Below are positions 28,701 through 37,955 of a stretch of 64,000 bases of DNA, piece by piece. The position numbers and the translations under genes were made by a program. Under the pieces are notes generated by a model, which was not told the DNA's origin, did not search any database, and saw nothing but the letters and a program-made list of their open reading frames with translations. Where the stretch lies: positions 79,275 to 143,274 of the forward strand of contig JAQWUY010000016.1 in assembly GCA_029250225.1 (NCBI GenBank), in the 5' to 3' direction. Source of the DNA: Alphaproteobacteria bacterium. Its GTDB lineage: Bacteria; Pseudomonadota; Alphaproteobacteria; JAQWUY01. Within the stretch, counting starts at the first letter, position 1. Every line of letters begins with the position of its first letter.

Positions 28701-31700
28701 AGCCAAATAACAATACAGAGCATCAAAACATAGATCATTTACTAGAACAATTAGATAGTTGTTGTGAAGGGTATTCAGTAATTACGGAAATAATTTCTAA
28801 TGCAGGGGAAAAACTTTATGAAATGATGACGGGTGAAGTTGAACCTGTTGCTATTATATTTCCGGAAAGTTCTTCGGGTGGAGTAGAAGTTTTATATCAA
28901 GATTTTAGTTTTGGTCGCTATTTTAACCAAATCGCAACAGCCGTTGTTAAGGGAATTATGCAAGAATATAATTCAGGAATTAAACAAAAGAAATTTAAAA
29001 TTTTAGAAGTTGGTGGTGGTACCGGTGGAACAACTTCTTGGATATTAAAAGCATTGAAAGATCAAAATAATATTCAATATGATTTTACAGATATATCATC
29101 TATTTTTACAAGGCGTGCGGAAAGTAAATTTTCTGAGTATGACTTTTTATCTTACAAAGAATTTAACATAGAAAAAGATCCGCGAAAACAAGGTTTTAAA
29201 ACAGGTGAATACGATTTGATTATAGGTGCAAATGTTATTCACGCCACACAAGATGTAAATAAAACACTTGCAAACTTATATCCTTTACTTAAATCTGGTG
29301 GTCGTTTATTGATGCGTGAACTTACACGCCCAATGAGATTGTTTGATTTTGTATTTGGCCCCTTAGTTTCTCCTTTACACGATGAAAAACAACGCGATGG
29401 TCAATTATTCTTAACAACTGATATTTGGAAAAAACAATGTATTGATGTTGGTTTTGATAAGGTTGAATGGTTACCTGATGATGGAAGTCCGATGTCAGAA
29501 ATGAGCGAACATATCATATTAGCTACAAAAGACAGTAATTCGTTAAATAATGGTTTGGCTATTAATTACAATGGAGTGGATTCATTATTAGGACAATCTA
29601 TTACAAATGATGGTTGTTATATTGCGAATTGGTCTAAATGTGCAGGTAATCAAGAGCTTTGGGAAAAACAAATTAATAATGTTTGTGCTGAACTAGCATC
29701 GCGTCACGGACACAAAGAGTTATCTTTACATAACATTCCTAGTGTTCCTGAATACTTGACAATAGTTAGTATTTCTTACGAAGTAAAACCTTTTAAAGCA
29801 CCTAATTTAAAAATTGATGCTTGTGATAATGATGGTGTTTGGAATACTGTTTTAGGTAATGTTGATAACAATATTGAAAATAAAGTTTATAGTCCTGCAA
29901 CCGATACAAATTATGAATTAGAATGGTTTGAAATCGAAAGTGAATCTAATGAAAAAATCAGTGTTTGCTTAGAAGAAAAAAATATAGAACTTACCAAAAC
30001 ATTGGAAAAAAATGGTGTTACGGTTTCTGATGATGGAAATTGGAATATTGTAGTAATTCCAAATTCTGATATAGATAATGTAGAACTTGCCGAACAAGTT
30101 ATAAATAAAATTGTTCACAATGATAAATCACCATTAATAATGGTAACCCGTTCAGCTTGGAAAATTGAAAAAGATGAACAATTAAATATTTCACATCACG
30201 CGTTGTGGGGTATTTTTAAAGTTGTTGATAATGAACAAAAAAATATATTTGTTATAGATATTAATGAAAATGCAGATTGGCAAGAAATTGTACCTGCTTT
30301 ATCAGCAATTCAAAATGGACATAATTTTATAACTGTTCGTAACTCTAAAATAAAAGTTCAGAAATTAGTCGAGAGTAAACATTGTGCTCCAAATCTACCA
30401 TATCAAAGTATGAATAGTAGTTCTTGGCATGTTGTTACAGGTGCTTTTGGTGGCTTAGGATTACTTTGTGTTGAATGGCTAGCACAAAAAGGAGCTAAAA
30501 AAATTGCATTATTAGCCCCAAGGTCTAAGGAAAATTGGAAAGATTTAAAAGAAGATTTTGCCAAGCGTTATTCTTGTGAAATCAAGTGGATTAAGTGTGA
30601 TATTTGTGACACAAATAAATTACTTGATGTAATGGCAAAATTACAAAAAGATGCTGGTGTTAACGGTGTTATTCATAGCGCAGGTGTTCTTTATGATTCT
30701 CCTATTTCTATGTTAAGTAAAAAAGACTTAACACACGCATTTAATGTAAAAGCAAATTCAGCATTATTCTTGCATAAATGGTTAAATGAAAATAAGGGAC
30801 AATATTTAATTCTGTTTTCTTCTGTGGCATCTGTTCTTGGTTCAACTGGTCAATCCGCTCACGCGTTTTCAAGTTCATTCCTAGATGGAATTGCTATTTC
30901 TAATCAAGATAATGAACATCTAAAAACTATATCTATCGCTTGGGGTGCTTGGGGTAAATCAGGTAAAGCATCAGATATTAATCTTCAAAAGAATCTAGAA
31001 AAAGGTGGAATGGGATTATTAAGTGATGATGAAGGTTTATGGAATTTAGAACAAGCAATAATGCGTTGTGCCCCTTATAGGATTGCTATGCGTATTATCC
31101 CAGAAAAATTAAACACAGTTCATCGTAAATTATTAGAGATAGAAGATAATCAAACCCCTTTAAAGAAATCAGATGTTAAAGTTGTTAAATCTAATGTTGA
31201 TATTAAAGATAAAAAATCTGTTAAAGAATGGATAACAAGAAACATTATAACTCAATTAAGAATATCAGAGACAGAGTCTATTTCTGAACAGAAAAATCTA
31301 ATGGAAATGGGACTAGATTCTTTATTATTCTTGGAATTAAAGAGTTTAATAAAACGAGACTTGTTTATTGATATCGATACAGATAAGGCTTATAAAAACC
31401 TTTCCATAGAAGGACTGTCTGATTTAATAACAGCAGAAACACAGGTATTAGATGAAAATCAAAGCTCAACGCAAGTATTAGAGCACAACAGCCAAGAGCG
31501 TTATTTACCGTTTCCATTAACACCAATTCAGCATTCTTATTGGATGGGAAGAACTGATTTAATTGAATATGGTGGTGTTGCTTGTCAAGTGGTATTTGAA
31601 TGGAATAAATCTCGTGCTGATCTTGATTTAGATCGTTTTGAAAGTGCTTGGAATAAACTTATAAAACGACACGATATGCTACGAATGTTTGTAAATAATG

Positions 31701-34700
31701 ACGGTGAACAAGTTATTTTACCTAATGTTCCTTATTATTACTTGAAAAAGCGCGATTTAAGGAATATGACGCAGGAACAAAAAGAGTTAGAGATTATTAA
31801 AACTCGCAAAGAACTTGCATATGTTGTTTTACCTGCTGATAAATGGCCTTTATTTGAATTAGTAGTTAATGAATTTGATGACGATAATTATTCTATACAT
31901 ATGAAATTAGATCTATTAATGTTTGATGCGCAAAGCTTCAAAGTAATGATGGATGATTTACAATATGCATATGATGGTGAAGAATTAAAACCTTTTTCTA
32001 TCACTTTTAGAGATTATGTGTTGTTACAAGAACAACAAAGACAAACTGAATCTTGGCAAAGATCTTGGTGTTACTGGCAACAAAAACTTATTGATTTACC
32101 GCCCGCTCCAAGACTACCTCTTGCAGAGATACAGCCTAAGGGTAACTCAACCTTTACCACACATCGATCTACTCTGGATAAAAAGTTGTGGGATAATATA
32201 AAACGATCTTGTAAATCTTGGGGTGTTACACCTTCAACAGTATTGATGACATTATTTGCAAAAACTATTGAAAGATATGCTAGACAGCCAGAATTTACAT
32301 TGAATTTAACATTCTTTGATCGTAAAGATGTCCACCCAGAAGTATCAGAAATAATAGGAGATTTTACATCTGTTTTATTAATCGATTTCGATTTTAGAAA
32401 TACAGATAAATTAATTGATCATATTAAGAATACTCAGCAAAAACTTTGGGAATCATTTGCACATAATCAAGTTAATGGTGTGGAAATAATACGTGAACTT
32501 AGTAAATTACACGGTGTTAATAAACAACCCTTAATGCCAGTAGTTTTCACAAGTATGCTTGGAATGTCACTTGATGGTCTTAATGTTAATCAAGCGATTA
32601 CAAGTTTCCTTGGTGAACCTTCTTATTTATTTACACAAACACCACAAGTATGGCTTGATCATCAAATTATGGAAGTAGATGGAGATTTAGTATTTGGTTG
32701 GTATGTAATGGACGGTGTCTTGGAAGAAGGAACTGTTGAGGCTATGTTTGAAGAATATAATTCAATGTTAAATGCTTTATCTGAAAACCTTGATTTAATA
32801 AACCAAAAAGATAGTTTTAAAACAGATGATAAGGGCAATATTGTCTCTTGTTCTAATTACCCTTATGTATTTGATGCGGGTGATAAGAGTTTCAATCTAT
32901 TAGAAGTTGAGAAATCTCTTCGTTGTTTACCAAACATAAGAAGAACGGAGTTAGTACAATCTAATGAACAATTACAAGCTTATATTGAAGTTGAACAATG
33001 CAGTGTCAATAATTCACCTGTAATAGTTAGCCCAGATGAATTGAGTAAGATGGATAAGCAACAAGAACAAGAAGTTATAAAAGCATTACAATGGTTTGAA
33101 AAATACGCATTACAAGGAATTTGTAAGACTATGAATGACCATCAATTGTTTAATACGCTAGGCCAAGGGCATACATTGATTGAAATTCAAAAACAACTCT
33201 CTGTGTTACCAAAATTTGATTCTATTGTGAAACAGTGGTTGAGTTTATTACAAGATAATGAATTTGTTAAAAAAGATGGTAACTTATTTGTATGTGTTAA
33301 GCCATTACTTAATGAATTTGAATCTTTTGATTTACTTCCAAATAAAGGATGGTATCGTACGATAGCTGAATATCTTCAAACTTGTGTTGAAAAGCACCCA
33401 TCTTTACTTAACGGTAGTCAATCACCACTAGATTTACTTTTTGGAAATAACAGTGCTGTTGCGAATGTTTTTTATACTAAAAATCCGGTTGTGCAATATC
33501 TTTATGAAAATGCAACTTATATTGTGCAAAAAATGATTGATGAAAATCCATCTTTAAATATATTAGAAGTTGGTGCGGGCACAGGTGCTATTTTGAAAAG
33601 TATGAAACAAATATTAAAGGGTTCTATTCAAAAGTATAACTTTACTGATGTTTCTACTTTATTCCTTGATGATGCTAAAAAAGAATTTGCAGATTTTAAA
33701 GAATTGGACTTTGCTTTATTTGATATTAATAAAGAAGTTGATTTTAATGAACACCCGCATCAAGGATATGACCTTATTATTGCCAATCAGGTTTTACACG
33801 ATTCTAATAATGTTGTTGAAACACTGAAAAAATTACTCTTACTGTTATCAGATAGTGGTAGAATCATTATCGTAGAAGCAACACTAAGAGATAGTAATTT
33901 ACAGGCAGCTAGTATAGGATTCCTTGAAGGTATTGGAGGATTTAATGATATAAGGATGTTAGATAACAAACCTATGCTAGATATACCTATGTGGCGTAAT
34001 GCTCTAGAAGAAGCTGGTTTTGTTATAGATGTTTTATTACCTAATGAAGAACAATCTATTATGGGGCAACATTTGATAACAATTAAGCCTAAAAGTTTTG
34101 CAAGATTAGAGGCTGATAAAATAAATGAATATATTAATGATAATTTTAAAGAATTATCAAACAATATTAAGCTACATCAATGTGAAAAACTTCATAATAA
34201 TATTAGAATGTTAGAATCAAATAGTTCTTCTTCTGATGTTGAAAATATCATTGTAGAAAATTCTGAACCTTTAATTAATAAAGTAAAAAAAGATAAATAT
34301 ATTATTAAATTAGAAAATCAGATTAAGGAAGTTTGGGAAGAATTATTGTCGCAAAAAATTTACTCCAATAGCGACTTCTTCCTAAGCGGTGGGGATAGCC
34401 TTATCGCAACAAGAATGATTGTAAAATTAAATAATATAGGTATAAAAGGTGCCAATTTACAAATACTGTTTGAAAACTCTAAGTTTACAGATTTTTGCTC
34501 AAATATATTGGAGTCAGAATATGAAACAGATGATGTTGATAACATTGTGAATTTAATTCCTTTGAGTAAAGGAAGTAGAAATGAGAAAATATTTTTATTC
34601 CATACTTCTTCTGGTGGAGTCACAAGTTATATTAATTTCGCTCAAAAGCTAGATGCAGATGTATACGGTGTGCCGGCACCTTATCCATTAAAAGTAAATA

Positions 34701-35323
34701 GTTTGAAAGAACTTGCTGGTATTTATGTAAATGCTATTCGTAAATTACAGCCTAAAGGCCCTTATTTATTGGCTGGTTGGTCTTACGGAGCATTCCTTAT
34801 AAAAGAGGCTTCTATTATCTTAAAAGATTTTAATGAAGAGGTAGTTTTAATGTTTATTGATCCTATTTGCCAATCTGATTTTACTTTTAACAATAATACT
34901 TCAAAATTAAGGTTGTTATCTAAAGAACCCATAAATATATCATTACCGGATAATTTCGATGAGATAGGTGAGAAAAAACAGATAAATATTTTTATTAAAA
35001 ATGTTCTTTCTACATCTTTAATTAAGAGAAAAAAAATTAAAAATGTAAGACAATGGATTAAACAAATAGATGATTTATTGGAAATTCTAAATAAATATTC
35101 TGAATCGGAAAAAACATCTTTCCCTTCTTTATATATAAGTTCCCTTAATAGACCGTCACATTGGACACCATCTGAAAAAGAATGGCAAAATTGGATCTCT
35201 AAATCTGAACATCACTCTTTAAATGTTAGTCACTGGGATCTAATGGAAAATGAAAATACACTTGATACTCTTGCTAAATTATTCCACTCGTGGGTAGACA
35301 AAAATAAAGTAATCGGAGGATAA
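25697..35323 (+). CDS. HMWP1 (Irp1)-like PKS-NRPS: KS-AT-cMT-KR-ACP-Cy-MT-PCP-TE
   Basis: 3208 aa. KS: TACSSSL with Cys188 at nt 26258-26260, EAHGTGTPLGD, NLGHLDTASG. AT: GHSVGE with Ser644 at nt 27626-27628, a malonyl-type Val. cMT: ILEVGGGTGG around nt 29000. KR: VVTGAFGGLG around nt 30440. ACP: GLDSL with Ser1875 at nt 31319-31321. Cy3: FPLTPIQHSYWMGR and DLLMFDAQS from nt 31910. MT2: ILEVGAGTGA around nt 33570. PCP3: GGDSL with Ser2901 at nt 34397-34399. TE: GWSYG with Ser3029 at nt 34781-34783. Confidence 0.93.
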   Translation: MTLNIDKLIEDIYPDCDPIAIIGHSGKFSKSEDNEEFWNNIINGVELSKEFSRQELLNAGIDASTIDDPNFVNIGSEVTDADKFDAELFGYSRQEAETIDPQQRIFLQLVWHALENAGYPPLNIQHKTGVFGSSRISTYPGQKKIDMAEIAQVKGLQSLVGNDKDYLATRIAYKLNLKGPAISVQTACSSSLVATHMACESLRSGECNMAIAGGIAVSFPQHTGYIYQSGMIFSPDGRCRPFDKQAQGTFGANGGGVVVMRRLKDALEDGDKITSVILGSAINNDGSEKAGYTAPSVFGQKRVIQEAIELSDVNVQDIGLIEAHGTGTPLGDSIEVKALKNVFDVRENDNSCALGSVKSNLGHLDTASGIASLIKASMAVEKGIIPPSLNFDNPNPELQLENSPFYIPTKPENWDSQNRIAGVSSFGIGGTNCHMIVSCLPQELQEITIKKDNVKASVSETDGVLLLSASSEKSLRGMAKSYAESMVKLSPQDLAYTSLHCRHIDMPYRLAVKICKETEVALKSFSDGKNDFRIHMNSTTPNKQVWLFTGQGSHWEEMAHKLYKNSQYFADTLDKCFVAFDKAIQDGNTVSPNKVSLREVMLGKSADLLKYMEYAQPAIVSFELAMASHWQGQGLKPDFIIGHSVGEFAGAVIAGYYELEPVIQLVKLRGLLMDKCPNGNMVSVFADEDTVMPIGNDAGVEIAVWNGENNIVFSGDEKSMKKFTTMLEEKNIDYRELSVTGAAHSKLLDGILEEFEIEAKKLDCKAGNIPIISTLLGKVINEKELKTPKYWSRHMREPVKYKQAVDVALKQGANVFIEMGPDAILTQIGSYRKIDDVNWIATSKRFISSSIQMEQALIKLYVAGVKMDWVNLLPSSGNKINAPVYHFDTQSYWIENKPKAVNIVQNSINMPIEIGRQTAYQAVKNLEIPRLEKMYECITKLHVIYVEKLIYKCVGSSIEEGLSASTILRRGRILPRYSQLLVRLLNSCVEDGYFSKDGDYFKPNNNTEHQNIDHLLEQLDSCCEGYSVITEIISNAGEKLYEMMTGEVEPVAIIFPESSSGGVEVLYQDFSFGRYFNQIATAVVKGIMQEYNSGIKQKKFKILEVGGGTGGTTSWILKALKDQNNIQYDFTDISSIFTRRAESKFSEYDFLSYKEFNIEKDPRKQGFKTGEYDLIIGANVIHATQDVNKTLANLYPLLKSGGRLLMRELTRPMRLFDFVFGPLVSPLHDEKQRDGQLFLTTDIWKKQCIDVGFDKVEWLPDDGSPMSEMSEHIILATKDSNSLNNGLAINYNGVDSLLGQSITNDGCYIANWSKCAGNQELWEKQINNVCAELASRHGHKELSLHNIPSVPEYLTIVSISYEVKPFKAPNLKIDACDNDGVWNTVLGNVDNNIENKVYSPATDTNYELEWFEIESESNEKISVCLEEKNIELTKTLEKNGVTVSDDGNWNIVVIPNSDIDNVELAEQVINKIVHNDKSPLIMVTRSAWKIEKDEQLNISHHALWGIFKVVDNEQKNIFVIDINENADWQEIVPALSAIQNGHNFITVRNSKIKVQKLVESKHCAPNLPYQSMNSSSWHVVTGAFGGLGLLCVEWLAQKGAKKIALLAPRSKENWKDLKEDFAKRYSCEIKWIKCDICDTNKLLDVMAKLQKDAGVNGVIHSAGVLYDSPISMLSKKDLTHAFNVKANSALFLHKWLNENKGQYLILFSSVASVLGSTGQSAHAFSSSFLDGIAISNQDNEHLKTISIAWGAWGKSGKASDINLQKNLEKGGMGLLSDDEGLWNLEQAIMRCAPYRIAMRIIPEKLNTVHRKLLEIEDNQTPLKKSDVKVVKSNVDIKDKKSVKEWITRNIITQLRISETESISEQKNLMEMGLDSLLFLELKSLIKRDLFIDIDTDKAYKNLSIEGLSDLITAETQVLDENQSSTQVLEHNSQERYLPFPLTPIQHSYWMGRTDLIEYGGVACQVVFEWNKSRADLDLDRFESAWNKLIKRHDMLRMFVNNDGEQVILPNVPYYYLKKRDLRNMTQEQKELEIIKTRKELAYVVLPADKWPLFELVVNEFDDDNYSIHMKLDLLMFDAQSFKVMMDDLQYAYDGEELKPFSITFRDYVLLQEQQRQTESWQRSWCYWQQKLIDLPPAPRLPLAEIQPKGNSTFTTHRSTLDKKLWDNIKRSCKSWGVTPSTVLMTLFAKTIERYARQPEFTLNLTFFDRKDVHPEVSEIIGDFTSVLLIDFDFRNTDKLIDHIKNTQQKLWESFAHNQVNGVEIIRELSKLHGVNKQPLMPVVFTSMLGMSLDGLNVNQAITSFLGEPSYLFTQTPQVWLDHQIMEVDGDLVFGWYVMDGVLEEGTVEAMFEEYNSMLNALSENLDLINQKDSFKTDDKGNIVSCSNYPYVFDAGDKSFNLLEVEKSLRCLPNIRRTELVQSNEQLQAYIEVEQCSVNNSPVIVSPDELSKMDKQQEQEVIKALQWFEKYALQGICKTMNDHQLFNTLGQGHTLIEIQKQLSVLPKFDSIVKQWLSLLQDNEFVKKDGNLFVCVKPLLNEFESFDLLPNKGWYRTIAEYLQTCVEKHPSLLNGSQSPLDLLFGNNSAVANVFYTKNPVVQYLYENATYIVQKMIDENPSLNILEVGAGTGAILKSMKQILKGSIQKYNFTDVSTLFLDDAKKEFADFKELDFALFDINKEVDFNEHPHQGYDLIIANQVLHDSNNVVETLKKLLLLLSDSGRIIIVEATLRDSNLQAASIGFLEGIGGFNDIRMLDNKPMLDIPMWRNALEEAGFVIDVLLPNEEQSIMGQHLITIKPKSFARLEADKINEYINDNFKELSNNIKLHQCEKLHNNIRMLESNSSSSDVENIIVENSEPLINKVKKDKYIIKLENQIKEVWEELLSQKIYSNSDFFLSGGDSLIATRMIVKLNNIGIKGANLQILFENSKFTDFCSNILESEYETDDVDNIVNLIPLSKGSRNEKIFLFHTSSGGVTSYINFAQKLDADVYGVPAPYPLKVNSLKELAGIYVNAIRKLQPKGPYLLAGWSYGAFLIKEASIILKDFNEEVVLMFIDPICQSDFTFNNNTSKLRLLSKEPINISLPDNFDEIGEKKQINIFIKNVLSTSLIKRKKIKNVRQWIKQIDDLLEILNKYSESEKTSFPSLYISSLNRPSHWTPSEKEWQNWISKSEHHSLNVSHWDLMENENTLDTLAKLFHSWVDKNKVIGG

Positions 35324-35327
35324 TAAA

Positions 35328-36422
35328 ATGACATTAATAAAAAGAAAATTAAGATTGTTGGTTGTAGGTGCTAAGTTCGGAGAAACATATTTAAATGCAT
35401 TTTTATGTCCAAATCCAGATGTTGAATTGGTTGGTTTACTTTCAACAGGAAGTGAGAGGTCAAAAAAGCTAGCGCATTCATTTGGAATATCTCTGTATAC
35501 TGATATAAGTCAAGTGCCACAAGATATTGACATTGCTTGTGTTGTTGTTCGTTCAACAGTCGTAGGTGGTGATGGAACAACATTAGTGGAAGAGTTATTA
35601 AAAAGAGGCATTCATATCATTCAAGAACATCCTGTTCATTCTGATGATATTATTAAATTACAAGATCTAGCAAAGAAAAATAAATGTATATATTGGGTAA
35701 ATAGTTGTTATGCTCATACACCAGCAGGAAAATGTTGGATAAATAATACTAAACATATAATTGAAAATCTGAATGAAGGTTCTCCTAGTTATGTTAATTT
35801 TACAACTAGTAGACAGCTTTTGTATTCCTCGCTTGATTTATTATTACAAGGATGCAAAGAAAGAGAAGTAGATATTCGTGTTGTGGAAAATGAAAATCCA
35901 TTATTTAGCCTTATAAATTTAAATTTTCCAGATTTCACTGCTACATTAAGGTTACAAAAATATATGGATCCTAGGGAACCAGATTTTCACAGCTTAGTAA
36001 TGCATAAATTAACTGTTGGTTGGACATCTGGTTATTTATCATTAGAATCTAGTTATGGGCCGGTTTTATGGACTTCTTCTTTATATGATGAAGAGCACAA
36101 TTATATTGATGAAAGTTTTTATTCAAGAAATAATGAAAAATCTAAAAACTTTCTTTCAGATCCAATAACAACCACTTTATATTCTCCGCCTGCAAGTTGG
36201 GGTGAAGCTTTTGAGATTGATAATGCAAAGGGAGTAAAAGAAGTTTTAAATTTACTTGTTGCTCATTTAAACGGAGATGATATTCCAGATATATTCGATG
36301 AAAGTTATCAAGTATTTTTATCTGATTTATGGCAAAAAATTCTACGCGAGGCTGATTTAGTAAACGAGCGTGAGATGCCAAAACCACGCACTATAAACCC
36401 CAATAATTTGCTTTATAAATAA
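35328..36422 (+). CDS. Thiazolinyl imide reductase (YbtU/Irp3/PchG family)
   Basis: 364 aa. LRLLVVGAKFGETYLNAF..VELVGLL..GSERSKKLAHSFGI..DIACVVVRSTVVGG..IIQEHPVH closely parallels my recollection of the Irp3/PchG N-terminal region. It sits directly after the HMWP1-like gene, as in ybt. Confidence 0.85.
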   Translation: MTLIKRKLRLLVVGAKFGETYLNAFLCPNPDVELVGLLSTGSERSKKLAHSFGISLYTDISQVPQDIDIACVVVRSTVVGGDGTTLVEELLKRGIHIIQEHPVHSDDIIKLQDLAKKNKCIYWVNSCYAHTPAGKCWINNTKHIIENLNEGSPSYVNFTTSRQLLYSSLDLLLQGCKEREVDIRVVENENPLFSLINLNFPDFTATLRLQKYMDPREPDFHSLVMHKLTVGWTSGYLSLESSYGPVLWTSSLYDEEHNYIDESFYSRNNEKSKNFLSDPITTTLYSPPASWGEAFEIDNAKGVKEVLNLLVAHLNGDDIPDIFDESYQVFLSDLWQKILREADLVNEREMPKPRTINPNNLLYK

Positions 36423-36430
36423 GGAATGAA

Positions 36431-37198
36431 TTGAAAATGGATAGTACAAACTTTAAAAATATGTTTAAAAATGGTCTTTATCCGAAAATACCAAATGCTG
36501 TTAATTTAGTATTATGCCCATTTGCAGGGGGGAGTAGTAGCTCTTTTCAAAATTGGTTTAATTATGATTTTGATGATATAAATTTTTTCTTAGCAACATA
36601 TCCAGGGCGAGAGCATAGAATGATAGAGGCTTTTGCAACTGATATAAATCAACTTGCCAATGATATTATTAGGAATATTTATGATTATAATTTAGATTTG
36701 GGAAATACGATTTTAGTTGGTCATAGTATGGGAGCACAAGTAGCTTATGAAACCTGCTTACTATTGGAAAAAAATAATACTCCACCTGCTGGTATTGTAA
36801 TTTCCGCTTGTCACGCCCCTCATCTTAAAGGAAGAAGAATTTTAAGTCATCTTGATGATGATGAATTTATTAAACAGTTAAGCGAAATTGGTGGTTTAAG
36901 TCAGGAATTATTAAAAGAAAAAAAACTTTTAAATTTTTTCCTTCCAATGTTGCGCTCAGATTTTAATATTACTGAATCTTATCATAATTCTGTATCATCA
37001 ATTACACATAAACTTACAACTCCTTCATTATTAATGTATGGTAGTTCTGATAACGAAGTTTCAAAAAAAGAGGTATCTTTATGGTCAGAATGGTTATGTA
37101 AATCTTCGGAGCCTGTACAATTATCAGGTGGACATTTTTATATTACACAAGATCCTAAAGACTTTATTGATGAAATTAATTTATATTTTAGGAAATAA
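36431..37198 (+). CDS. Type II (editing) thioesterase, YbtT-like
   Basis: 255 aa alpha/beta hydrolase with LVLCPFAGGSSSSF, the nucleophile motif GHSMGAQVAYE and a C-terminal GGHFY. Confidence 0.85.
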   Translation: MKMDSTNFKNMFKNGLYPKIPNAVNLVLCPFAGGSSSSFQNWFNYDFDDINFFLATYPGREHRMIEAFATDINQLANDIIRNIYDYNLDLGNTILVGHSMGAQVAYETCLLLEKNNTPPAGIVISACHAPHLKGRRILSHLDDDEFIKQLSEIGGLSQELLKEKKLLNFFLPMLRSDFNITESYHNSVSSITHKLTTPSLLMYGSSDNEVSKKEVSLWSEWLCKSSEPVQLSGGHFYITQDPKDFIDEINLYFRK

Positions 37199-37201
37199 AA
37201 T

Positions 37202-37918
37202 TTGTATAAAATGTTTGGTAATTTTATCACTTTATGTGAACAACAGACTTTTTCTAAATGCAATAAAGATGTAATTTTGATGAATTGTAAATATAATCGT
37301 CATTCTTTTTGTGAAGAATATTATGATTTTCTACCATTTAGTGAACCGATGCATATTAAAAATTCTGTTGTTAAAAGAAGAGCAGATTTTTTAGCAGGCA
37401 GAATAACGGCTATGTTTGCTCTTGAAAAAATTGGAATAAAGAATACAGGTGTTTCCGTAGGAAATAATCGTATGCCAATTTTTCCAGAAGGTTGTGTTGG
37501 TTCTATAACACATACTTGTGAAAGAGCATTTGTAGCGGTATCTAAGAAAGAAAATACTTCGTTAATTGGGGTTGATTGTGAAAAAAAAATTTCATCACCA
37601 CTTGCAAAAAATATTTCATTAGAAATTTTATTAGATAGCGAAATAAAAAATTTTAATCAGATGGAAATAAGTTTTTCCTTGTATTGTACAATTGTGTTTT
37701 CAGCTAAGGAAAGCTTATTTAAAACTTTGTATCCGGTTGTAGGAGTTTTTTTTGGTTTTAAATGTGCGCAAGTAGAAATAAACTCTGATATAAGTGGCTT
37801 TAAAATAAAAGTTATACGCCCATTAGGTGATTTTAAAGGAGTTGAGTTTTATGGGCATATTGAAATTTTTTCAGACTCCGTTTTTACAATAATTACTAGT
37901 TCTAGTACTTTTGAATAA
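37202..37918 (+). CDS. 4'-phosphopantetheinyl transferase, EntD/YbtD type
   Basis: 238 aa from TTG 37202 (or ATG 37211). EntD-family motifs are present: RRADFLAGR, GSITHT, IGVDCE and FSAKESLFK. Confidence 0.8.
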   Translation: MYKMFGNFITLCEQQTFSKCNKDVILMNCKYNRHSFCEEYYDFLPFSEPMHIKNSVVKRRADFLAGRITAMFALEKIGIKNTGVSVGNNRMPIFPEGCVGSITHTCERAFVAVSKKENTSLIGVDCEKKISSPLAKNISLEILLDSEIKNFNQMEISFSLYCTIVFSAKESLFKTLYPVVGVFFGFKCAQVEINSDISGFKIKVIRPLGDFKGVEFYGHIEIFSDSVFTIITSSSTFE

Positions 37919-37955
37919 CCTTTGTTATTAAATTATTAAAAAATATTTATATTTG

